Source: Gammaproteobacteria bacterium
Lineage (GTDB): Bacteria; Pseudomonadota; Gammaproteobacteria; Pseudomonadales; Azotimanducaceae
DNA: 59,083 nt
Assembly: GCA_002725285.1 (NCBI GenBank)
Contig: PBRC01000030.1
Location: 22,117 to 81,199 of the forward strand
Direction: 5' to 3'
The translations under genes were made by a program, and so were the position numbers. Within the stretch, counting starts at the first letter, position 1. Each line of letters begins with the position of its first letter. The notes beneath the pieces are model-generated. The model saw nothing but the letters and a program-made list of their open reading frames with translations. It made no database searches and was not told the origin of the DNA. Below are positions 9,275-17,675 of this stretch, in pieces.

Positions 9275-9726
9275 GATCCGGGACCATCGTTGGTTTGGTT
9301 AACCGAGTCTGGATATTGTCAGGATGCGGTTTACTCAGGCACTTTATTCTGCCCCCAACTGATTTGCCACCTGAGTCTGATTATCAGCAGTACGCTGATG
9401 ACAGTGAAGGGATATATACAGAAAAAGCAGAAAGGTAGGGACCACAAAATGTGCAGGGCATTGACATACTTTTCTAAACGGCATGCGCTGCTGAGAAAAG
9501 TCAGCAGAGGGGATTGCCAGCAACAAAAGCGAGTGTGAAACCGAAAGGAATCATCATCAGCCAGGGTAGCAGACTGTTTTTTTTAGCCAGTTCTGTTTCC
9601 AGCTGTTAAAGTTAAAGCACATGACCGGCGTTACCTCAAAGCGCGTCTATATCCATACATTAATCCGTACCAATCCCACGCAGGGCGTAAACGGGATTAC
9701 TCAGATCATACCCGTTCCTGTATACA

Positions 9727-9757
9727 TCCAGTGTTTGAAAATATTTGATACACTGGA
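9727..9757. promoter_or_regulatory. inverted repeat / AT-rich operator-like site upstream of the His-tailed MFS gene
   Basis: TCCAGTGT-TTGAAAATATTTGAT-ACACTGGA has perfect 8-bp arms around an AT-rich core. It lies 36 nt upstream of ATG 9793. Confidence 0.35.
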
Positions 9758-9792
9758 TTGTGCTTGAGTTCAACGAACCTTTTCCTGAAGAA

Positions 9793-11166
9793 ATGACTGA
9801 GCTACATAACCCTTTAAGAAACAGCGAGTTCAGAAAACTGTTCACGGCTCAGGTCATTGCATTGGTCGGTACTGGTCTTGCTACAGTCGCGCTGACCTTG
9901 CTTGCCTATGATATGGTTGGTGGGAATGCAGGTGTTCTGCTGGGACAGGCGCTCGCTATCAAGATGGTGGCTTATGTGGTCTTTGCTCCCATTGTTGGTG
10001 GTATTGCGCATCGTTTCAATCGAAAACCACTATTAATCACTCTGGACCTTATGCGTGCCATTATCGTATTGGCAATGCCGTTCGCCACAGAGGTCTGGCA
10101 TATCTTTGTTCTTATCTTCCTGCTCAATGTTTTCTCGGCAGGATTCAAGCCCGTCTTTCAGGCGACGATTCCGGACATCATCAACGAAGAGCAGGCGTAT
10201 ACGCGTGCGCTGTCCTTTTCTCGGTTGGCGTATGATCTGGAAAATCTTATCAGCCCGGCACTTGCGGGGCTGGCACTACTCTTCTTTACATATGACTTCC
10301 TTTTCATTTCGAACTCGATCGCCTTTTTGGTTTCTGCATCGCTCATCCTCGTTACGGTGCTGCCCGGAGGTGAGTCTGTGGATCGACTCGGCGGGTTGTG
10401 GCAGGAGATCAGTTTTGGTGTTCGTTCGTACCTTAAAACACCGCGACTCAGAGGTTTGTTAGTCCTTTATCTTGGTGTTGCCTGCACGAGTGCAATGGTC
10501 ATCGTCAATACGGTGGTGTATATCAGAGAGATCCTGCAAAGGTCAGATTCCGATGTGGCCATGGCGCTTGCTGCATCAGGCGCTGGATCCATGATTGCCG
10601 CACTGTCACTGCCAAGGGTTTTGAACCACATATCGGATCGCACCGTCATGTTGTCAGGCGCAATCATCATGAGTCTGGGGCTTATGACTATCTGGCTCTC
10701 ACCAGACTTCGTAACCCTGTTGGCAATCTGGTTTATGATTGGTCTGGGTTTGTCTCTTGTTCAGACTCCTTCAGGGCGTATTGTCAATCAATCATCAGCA
10801 CCAACGGACAGGCCATCCTATTTCTCTGCTCAGTTTGCCTTAAGTCACGCGTGCTGGATGTTAGCCTATCCTGTCGCAGGACAGCTTGGTCACTTAATCG
10901 GGATCGAAACAACCGCCTTAATGCTGGGTATTCTGGTTACGTTGTTTTCAATAGTTGCGGCGCTGGTGTGGCCCAGAAACGACCCGGAAGTTATTGAACA
11001 TAGCCATGCTGATGTCAGCCATCGGCATCAACACACTCACGATATACATCACGATCATTTTCACAATAGCGATGATGCAACAGAAGATCACAACCACCAT
11101 CATACGCCACTCACCCACTCGCATCTATTTGTTATAGACGACCATCATCCTCGCTGGCCAGAATAG
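9793..11166 (+). CDS. MFS transporter with a histidine-rich C-terminal tail
   Basis: The protein is multi-TM throughout (FRKLFTAQVIALVGTGLATVALTLLAY...). The C-terminal ~58 aa HSHADVSHRHQHTHDIHHDHFHNSDDATEDHNHHHTPLTHSHLFVIDDHHPRWPE contain 17 His. The start is taken at the first ATG, because the TTG at 9745 overlaps the palindrome. Confidence 0.8.
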   Translation: MTELHNPLRNSEFRKLFTAQVIALVGTGLATVALTLLAYDMVGGNAGVLLGQALAIKMVAYVVFAPIVGGIAHRFNRKPLLITLDLMRAIIVLAMPFATEVWHIFVLIFLLNVFSAGFKPVFQATIPDIINEEQAYTRALSFSRLAYDLENLISPALAGLALLFFTYDFLFISNSIAFLVSASLILVTVLPGGESVDRLGGLWQEISFGVRSYLKTPRLRGLLVLYLGVACTSAMVIVNTVVYIREILQRSDSDVAMALAASGAGSMIAALSLPRVLNHISDRTVMLSGAIIMSLGLMTIWLSPDFVTLLAIWFMIGLGLSLVQTPSGRIVNQSSAPTDRPSYFSAQFALSHACWMLAYPVAGQLGHLIGIETTALMLGILVTLFSIVAALVWPRNDPEVIEHSHADVSHRHQHTHDIHHDHFHNSDDATEDHNHHHTPLTHSHLFVIDDHHPRWPE

Positions 11167-11242
11167 TGTGGAGTGGGAATGTTGGTTTGCTTTAATTAAG
11201 TAGATGACAATAGGAATATTGGTCCTGGAATACCAGGGCGTG

Positions 11243-11518
11243 TCAGCGGCTGAATTTTTTTTGCAGCTCCAGACGTTCTATCTCATGGCGAATTTGAATC
11301 TGTTCGTCACTGCGTTGTCTGAGTTCTTTGCTTAATTTCGTATATTCCAGTTCGAGCTTTGTTCGAACTCCTGCCTTGCTTTTGTCTTTTGACATCGCTT
11401 GAATCCGTGAAAACAGCACCCCTGTTTTACTTTCGAAATCAGGTATGATTCGATGTTGCAGGTCCTTTAGCCTGATTCCCAGTCGTGTAATTTCCTCATC
11501 CAACATACCCATAGCCAC
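11243..11518 (-). CDS. hypothetical small coiled-coil protein
   Basis: 91 aa, rich in charged heptad-like sequence (KLELEYTKLSKELRQRSDEQIQIRHEIERLELQKK). GGAGG lies 7 nt upstream of the ATG. I recognised no family. Confidence 0.45.
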   Translation of the reverse strand: MAMGMLDEEITRLGIRLKDLQHRIIPDFESKTGVLFSRIQAMSKDKSKAGVRTKLELEYTKLSKELRQRSDEQIQIRHEIERLELQKKFSR

Positions 11519-11644
11519 ACCTCCCCGGAGCCAGGTCGATTTACTTTAGTACTAGCAGTTATCGGTTGTTCCATATATTTAGATATATATTTTACACGAA
11601 GCCCGCTATTAGTGAGAAGCTTAAACATGAATCCAAAAGTCTAG

Positions 11645-12817
11645 CTAGTCAGGCAGCCCCAGGACCCGTTTGGCAATGATGTTCTTCTGTACTTCATTAG
11701 AGCCGCGAGCGATTGAGCGTCGCTTGATGCTGAAATAGTGTCGGCAGGCTGCGATCTCACCATCTGTGAAGCCGTTACCTTCCCAGCCGAGCCCCTGAAA
11801 TCCGCAAATTAGCGCCTTGACGTTGGCGTCTTCCTTCTCGAGTTCTGCAGTTACCAGTTCCATGATTGAGGTCTGGGGACCAGGCGTTTGTCCATCCTCT
11901 GATTCTTCGACGATACGTCGCTGGGTAAGTCGATATGCTCTGTCTCGCATCTCGTGAGCCACTGCTTGTTTAATCAGTGCATCGTCAGCACCATAGATCT
12001 TAATGAGATTCAGGAAAGGATTCTCGTCGCTGGCTGGTTTTGCCGCTCCCCCCATTAATATCGTCATCCCGGAACGTTCGTGCTGTAAGAGCCTTTTGCC
12101 AATGCTCCACCCTCGATTCAGCTGCCCAACAAGATCATCCCTGCGTGCAAGTGCATCATCAAAAAAAGTTTCGCAGAAAGGTGAGTCGCCGCTGATCAGT
12201 CGAATGGGGCGAGTTGTCACACCGGATTGGTTCATATCTAGAAGCAGCAGGCTGATGCCCTCATGTTTGGGCACATCGGGGTCTGTTCTGACCAGGCAGA
12301 ACATCCAGTCCGAATGGTCAGCACCGGAAGTCCAGATCTTCTGTCCATTGATAATGAAGTTGTCGCCGTCGGCAACGGCACGAGTTTGCAGGCTGGCAAG
12401 ATCTGATCCTGCATTTGGTTCGCTATAGCCCTGACACCAGCGTACTTCGCCGCGGGCAATGCGTGGCAGGTGGCGCTGCTTTTGATCATCCGTGCCGAAT
12501 TCTACGAGCGTTGGTCCTATCAGGCCGATGCCCATTCCCTGGACAGGTGAGCGTGCTTTAATACGGCGCATTTCCTCCAGCAGGATCAGGTATTCATCTT
12601 TAGACAGGCCTGCACCACCATGTTCTTTTGTCCACATAGGGACGGTGTAGCCTTTCTCCGCACAAAGATCGAGCCAGCGTCTTGCATCAGGGTCTGTTAT
12701 TGGGACTTTCTTTCCTCCACCCGGAACATTTCCGGGGCCCCTGATGCTATCCGGGCAGTTCTCATCAAGCCAGGCTCGTGTCTCGGATCGGAATTCTTCG
12801 AGTCGTGTCGTCGCCAT
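11645..12817 (-). CDS. acyl-CoA dehydrogenase
   Basis: The sequence shows WCQGYSEPNAGSDLASL, INGQKIWTSGA and a C-terminal GSNEVQKNIIAKRVLGLP. The ATG at 12817 is preferred over the TTG/GTG two codons upstream. Confidence 0.9.
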   Translation of the reverse strand: MATTRLEEFRSETRAWLDENCPDSIRGPGNVPGGGKKVPITDPDARRWLDLCAEKGYTVPMWTKEHGGAGLSKDEYLILLEEMRRIKARSPVQGMGIGLIGPTLVEFGTDDQKQRHLPRIARGEVRWCQGYSEPNAGSDLASLQTRAVADGDNFIINGQKIWTSGADHSDWMFCLVRTDPDVPKHEGISLLLLDMNQSGVTTRPIRLISGDSPFCETFFDDALARRDDLVGQLNRGWSIGKRLLQHERSGMTILMGGAAKPASDENPFLNLIKIYGADDALIKQAVAHEMRDRAYRLTQRRIVEESEDGQTPGPQTSIMELVTAELEKEDANVKALICGFQGLGWEGNGFTDGEIAACRHYFSIKRRSIARGSNEVQKNIIAKRVLGLPD

Positions 12818-13049
12818 CACCAAAACCCTTATTAAAACGAATCTTAGCTTGCGGCAGGAAGACCTTGCGGGTCAACCTGCATTCTCGCGATGTTATAATC
12901 CTGGCTGCCACAGTCGTGTGGGTGTGATCGACCAATTATTCGCAATATCCTGCTTTATCAGGAAAATCCTTCACAAGAAGGTAAACTCTCATAGGTAACT
13001 GTGCATCCTGCGGGATCCATTTCTCGGAAAAACGATGGACTCACCATTG

Positions 13050-13088
13050 TTAGAGAGAACAGTTAGAGAAAACAATTAGAGAAAACAG
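13050..13088. repeat. 13-bp tandem repeat, 3 copies (TTAGAGARAACAR)
   Basis: TTAGAGAGAACAG / TTAGAGAAAACAA / TTAGAGAAAACAG were read directly, inside a ~530-bp stretch with no convincing ORF. Confidence 0.9.
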
Positions 13089-13354
13089 AGAGTAGTTTCA
13101 CTCCCACTAAGAAGAGCATTGCTTGCACGCGCATTACGTGATGCATTAGGCAGACCGGGGAGAAACCAGTGTTGCCAACACGATGTTGTTATGTTCCAGC
13201 CATCCTGCCGGCCAACTGCGGTTGGTTGCCATATTGCCGGGTCCGACGTGCTGTTTATCAATCGTTCGAAACGGACGACGAAGGTCACAACCGTCTTCAT
13301 CATAGGAGTAAATGCATGAGTATGAGGTGACTTTCAGGAGAGCGTGCGCTTGGA

Positions 13355-14821
13355 TTACTTGAGAGTTCCGCTTGTTTCTGCGCGCAGCGGTTTGACCTCG
13401 AGCGTCCAGTCCGCGTGATTATCGGGTCCCGCAGGCCCAATCCTTCCTTCCGCAGACAAAAGCAGGGTTTTAGGATCGTGAATCACACCCTCTTTTACCA
13501 CGAGCCGGATATTACGCACGACCTTGATGTCATTCAGGGGATCTCCACTGACCACCACCAGGTCGGCGAGCTTTCCGACTTCGAGGGAGCCAAGCCTGTC
13601 GGCAATGCCCAGGGCAGTGGCCCCATTGATAGTCGCCGCTTTTAAAACAGCGACCGGGGGTAAACCCGCATAGGTCATGGCGAGTAGTTCTCGGTGATAG
13701 GCAAAGCCTGGTAACAGGCTGGTGTAGACAGGCTCATCGGTGCCAACAATCAGAAGGTTTTCACCACCCGCCTCATAAAGTGCCATGAGCTCAATCATTC
13801 TCTGGTTAAATTCCGGTTCATCCGATTCAGGAGGTGGGGGTCCGCGCAACTCAAGAAGGGTCTGTGCGTAGGGTGTGAAATATTTTGCTTCCTCGGTCCA
13901 GATCATTTCAGAGGGATGATCCCGGCGCAGATTGATGCCACCATACATCTGTAAGTTGGCATCGTAGTAAACCTGATGCTTTATCATCAGATCGACCATC
14001 TGATGCATGTCGGCACTTCTGGGTCCACCGCTTCCAAGGGTGAGCTGGTGTTCAATGCGGTTGATCCCCATCAGGATTGCATCGCGCAAACTCACATCGT
14101 ATTCGACTTCATAATTAGCCAGATGCCCGGCCGTTGTCATGCCGTTCTTATGTGCCTGTTCAATGATGATCTTTGCCTCAGCCGGGGTTGCCTGCTTTAT
14201 TTTGATGCTGATAACACCTTGTTGAGCCCATTTGTCGACTTCGTTTCGAATCTCTTCTTCCGAGATGTCATTTGGCCAGGCCACGCACTCATCGGCAGCC
14301 ACCTTGACTTGATACTCACAACGAAAGGCACCGAAATAGGGGCCGGATACGAATAAGCGCGGCCCGATGGCGTCGCCCTTATCAATCAGGTCCCGCTGGG
14401 CAATGACACGCTCAGGGTAGAACTCGCCTGCTGACCAGGTTGAAGTCACTCCATTAGCCAGAAAAATAATACCGTTATGATGAACTTCTTCTACACGCCC
14501 TTTATCCACGAGATCCAAGTTGTAATGGGCATGCAAATCGATTAGGCCGGGGAGGATCGTTTCTGACTCGGCTAACTTTATGAGTGTTGCGTGTGTGAGG
14601 CTCTGTTGCTCTGCGGTAACATCAAGGCTGACGATTTTGCCCTTTCGAATAACGATGCCACTATTGTGGCGGCGGGTGTTACTGATCCCGTCAAACAGCC
14701 AGCCGCCACGGATAACCAGCAATCCTGCCTCCGACTCAGTTCCTTGGGCGCCCACCGAGATCTGTGTGAGGCTAACAAGAAGTGTGATCCCATAGATAAC
14801 AAGTCGAACTGAATATCGCAT
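13355..14821 (-). CDS. secreted metal-dependent amidohydrolase family protein
   Basis: GLIDLHAHYN carries the HxH metal motif, and the C-terminal GSLEVGKLADLVVVSGDPL is typical of the amidohydrolase fold. A signal peptide MRYSVRLVIYGITLLVSLTQISVGAQG begins at ATG 14821. Confidence 0.8.
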   Translation of the reverse strand: MRYSVRLVIYGITLLVSLTQISVGAQGTESEAGLLVIRGGWLFDGISNTRRHNSGIVIRKGKIVSLDVTAEQQSLTHATLIKLAESETILPGLIDLHAHYNLDLVDKGRVEEVHHNGIIFLANGVTSTWSAGEFYPERVIAQRDLIDKGDAIGPRLFVSGPYFGAFRCEYQVKVAADECVAWPNDISEEEIRNEVDKWAQQGVISIKIKQATPAEAKIIIEQAHKNGMTTAGHLANYEVEYDVSLRDAILMGINRIEHQLTLGSGGPRSADMHQMVDLMIKHQVYYDANLQMYGGINLRRDHPSEMIWTEEAKYFTPYAQTLLELRGPPPPESDEPEFNQRMIELMALYEAGGENLLIVGTDEPVYTSLLPGFAYHRELLAMTYAGLPPVAVLKAATINGATALGIADRLGSLEVGKLADLVVVSGDPLNDIKVVRNIRLVVKEGVIHDPKTLLLSAEGRIGPAGPDNHADWTLEVKPLRAETSGTLK

Positions 14822-15163
14822 GCTGATTGTTTCCGCCAATGCTGAATCCTGTAATGTGAGGTGAATGTGAGGTGCAATTTTACTATACACAGTCATTACA
14901 GGAAGACAATCGCATCGTGGGCTCAAGGTCGCCCTGGATCCATGTGAGAAGGTAGGCTATGGCACTGAGACGCCGTTACGTCAGTTCGTTTACTGGTAAG
15001 TGGTCGTTATGGGGAGATTTTTTCAACAGGTATGAGTCGGCTATCGGTTGACTGTAGAGGTCTCTAAGATCTGAGCTACCTGTTCATTCTACCCACTATG
15101 GGGTGCAAAGCTGACCATCAAACTGTCTAAAGGATCTCTGATAGCAGAGTTTGATTATCTGGT

Positions 15164-15180
15164 GATATCATAATGATATC
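15164..15180. promoter_or_regulatory. perfect 17-bp palindrome (candidate operator)
   Basis: GATATCAT-A-ATGATATC was read directly. It lies in the intergenic region between divergent genes (amidohydrolase and MFS). Confidence 0.35.
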
Positions 15181-15467
15181 CTAATAAAACATGCTGGTTT
15201 CATTTACGGAATCACGATTTGAATATGAGCTTGATGAATCAGTCCTGTGACGCGAAAGGTAGTCGTTAGATTCTAATAGGGAAATTGCACAACTGATTTT
15301 CTACCACTTCGTTGAGGCTTTTTTGCCCAAAGGCTGAATGAGACCTTCAATGACTCCCACCGAACATTCTCCTTCTACACTTGAGCACAAACGCATTGAT
15401 CAAATTTGTACAGCGCCAGACCTGTGTTAGAGTCCGGACTGAACTAGACGGACCATCGGAAGTACTG

Positions 15468-16781
15468 ATGTCGGTAAGTCAGATATATTCATCGAAGTAT
15501 AGAAATTATGCCCTGGGAGTTCTCTTTCTTGGCTATGTCGTGAATTTCATTGATCGTTCTATCCTGTCTATCCTGCTGGAACCGATCAAACATGATCTTG
15601 CACTAAATGATACTCAGCTTGGATTGCTGGGAGGTCTGGCTTTTGCGATTTTTTATACTACCATGGGTATACCCATAGCCGCCCTGGCTGATCGTTGGAG
15701 CAGAGTCAAGATTCTGTCTATCTCGATTGTCATCTGGAGTGCGATGACTGCAGCTTGCGGTATGGCCTCCAACTTCATCATGCTGCTTCTTGCCAGGATA
15801 GGCGTTGGTGTAGGAGAAGCTGGTGCAAGCCCGCCATCTCATTCATTGATATCGGATTACTTCCCGATTGAAACCCGAGCCACTGCATTATCGATTTATG
15901 CACTCGGCATCCCCTTTGGATCAATGATCGGGAATTTTGTCGGTGGCTGGGGAGCGGATGAACTGGGTTGGCGGGCAACATTCTTTCTGGTTGGCGTCCC
16001 AGGAATATTTGTCGCTCTGCTGGTGTGGCTTACGCTGAGGGAACCGCCTCGTGGCATGTCTGAGGCCAGGGTTGAATCCGAACCAGAAAAAGATCTGGGT
16101 GGCGATGCACCTAATGTCGTTGAAGTGTTGACCTTTCTGTGGAAGCGGAAATCCTTTAGACATATTGGCTGGGCTGCAGGGCTGCATGCCTTTGTTGGTT
16201 ATGGCGCCGGAACCTGGAATGCGCCTTTTCTGATTCGAAGCCATGAGATGCCGATTACCGAAGTGGGTTCCTGGCTTGCGCTGATTTCGGGGATTGGTGC
16301 TATAGGCGTTTTTTCGGGTGGATACCTTGCTGACAAAATATCCGATCGAACCGGGGACCGTCGCTGGTACCTCTGGGTTCCTGGATTCTCTACCATCCTG
16401 ATGGTGCCTTTTCAGTTTGTTGCGTACCTGTATGGTGGCCTGTGGGCAGTTATTCCGGCTCTCTTCGTTGTGTCCATACTTGGTGGGATGTATCTTGGTC
16501 CCTCCTTCGCCATGACTCAGGGACTCGTCACCTTGCGTATGCGCGCGGTTGCTTCTGCGATTTTGCTGTTTATGCTGAATATCATCGGCATGGGCCTGGG
16601 TCCCTATTTCGTCGGGGCGGGCAGTGATTTTCTGGCGCCAACCTACGAAATTGATTCGCTTCGATATGCACTATGTTTTGCTGTACTGGCTAACATCTGG
16701 GCAACGGTTCACTACTTTATGGGTGCGAGGACGCTCAGAGAGGACCTTGCAGAAACAGAAGCTCTGGTTCACGCGGCATAG
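15468..16781 (+). CDS. MFS transporter
   Basis: The sequence shows YRNYALGVLFLGYVVNFIDRSILSILLEPI, GIPIAALADRWSR and LLLARIGVGVGEAG, which are MFS signature loops, with about 12 TM segments. The start is taken at ATG 15468. Confidence 0.85.
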   Translation: MSVSQIYSSKYRNYALGVLFLGYVVNFIDRSILSILLEPIKHDLALNDTQLGLLGGLAFAIFYTTMGIPIAALADRWSRVKILSISIVIWSAMTAACGMASNFIMLLLARIGVGVGEAGASPPSHSLISDYFPIETRATALSIYALGIPFGSMIGNFVGGWGADELGWRATFFLVGVPGIFVALLVWLTLREPPRGMSEARVESEPEKDLGGDAPNVVEVLTFLWKRKSFRHIGWAAGLHAFVGYGAGTWNAPFLIRSHEMPITEVGSWLALISGIGAIGVFSGGYLADKISDRTGDRRWYLWVPGFSTILMVPFQFVAYLYGGLWAVIPALFVVSILGGMYLGPSFAMTQGLVTLRMRAVASAILLFMLNIIGMGLGPYFVGAGSDFLAPTYEIDSLRYALCFAVLANIWATVHYFMGARTLREDLAETEALVHAA

Positions 16782-16836
16782 ACGATAGCGTTTGCGACCT
16801 GGGAATTCAGAATACGTGATCTGATTTCATTCTCGT

Positions 16837-17652
16837 TTAGCGCGAGTTCATCGCAATCCGGGCATCGCGCATTGCTTCCGGCGATTGCATTTTAGCCCGA
16901 TCAATATCACCGATCTCAGGTGGTACGTACCAGTGAATTATATTTTCATGGTAGGCAGCCCAGGCTGCGTCAGCAACCTCCGAAGGTGCGATCAGTCGAA
17001 AAGGCCCCTCATCTGGTGCGTTAGCACCAATTGTGCGCTCGCTGGTTGTAACTGGAGAGCCATTCACATACCTCAAAGAGTCAGTCAGGATTGGGGTGTC
17101 AATAAGACCTGGCAGGACGTCAGCGGCTCGGACACCACAGCGAGAAAGCTCAACAGCAAGTGCCTCGGTCAATCCTTTTACTGCAAACTTTGTTGCTGCA
17201 TAAACTGCAAGGTTGGGTGACCCGTAGGTTGCAGCAGAAGATGATGTGCTGAAACACAAGCTGTTGTTTGCGTTCTTTAAGAGGGGCAGCGCAGAGTAGA
17301 TGCCATTGATGACTCCGATGAGATTAACGTTTATTATCTTCATGGACTCTTCCAGCGGAATGTCTTCAAAGAAACCAGCAGCACCAATACCGGCGTTGTT
17401 GTATAACATATCAAGCTTGCCGTCAGTCAGAACACCCAACTCCTCAATAACCTGGTCATAGGCTGACTTGTCCGTAACATCGAGCTGCCAGGTGGAGCAG
17501 TTGTCGGTGCCAAGCTCAGATCTGAGTGATTCCAGACCAGCCGTATTTAGATCAGCTGCACCAATCCACCAGCCTTCCTGTGCGAATCTTTCCGCTGTTG
17601 CCCTGCCGATGCCACTCGCGGCGCCAGTAATGAAAATAGTCTTTCTCTGCAT
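16837..17652 (-). CDS. short-chain dehydrogenase/reductase (SDR)
   Basis: TIFITGAASGIGRATA is the TGxxxGxG motif, and NNAGI and YAATKFAVKG (YxxxK) are present. AGGAGA is the RBS. It lies 23 nt downstream of the ABC gene. Confidence 0.9.
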   Translation of the reverse strand: MQRKTIFITGAASGIGRATAERFAQEGWWIGAADLNTAGLESLRSELGTDNCSTWQLDVTDKSAYDQVIEELGVLTDGKLDMLYNNAGIGAAGFFEDIPLEESMKIINVNLIGVINGIYSALPLLKNANNSLCFSTSSSAATYGSPNLAVYAATKFAVKGLTEALAVELSRCGVRAADVLPGLIDTPILTDSLRYVNGSPVTTSERTIGANAPDEGPFRLIAPSEVADAAWAAYHENIIHWYVPPEIGDIDRAKMQSPEAMRDARIAMNSR

Positions 17653-17675
17653 GAGTTTTTCTCCTGATTCTGACG

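Noticed and set aside
9290-9538. 82-aa and 60-aa ORFs lie in the 9275..9744 intergenic region.
   Set aside because: They have no RBS, odd composition and no motif. The region is more plausibly the promoter and leader of the MFS gene.
14927-15160. I searched the larger intergenic regions (14927..15467, 28000..28427, 52657..52985) for tRNA, tmRNA or riboswitch-like elements.
   Set aside because: I could not recognise a T-arm (GTTCGAATC-like) or acceptor pairing, nor any riboswitch core, by eye. Covariance-model scans would be needed to exclude them.
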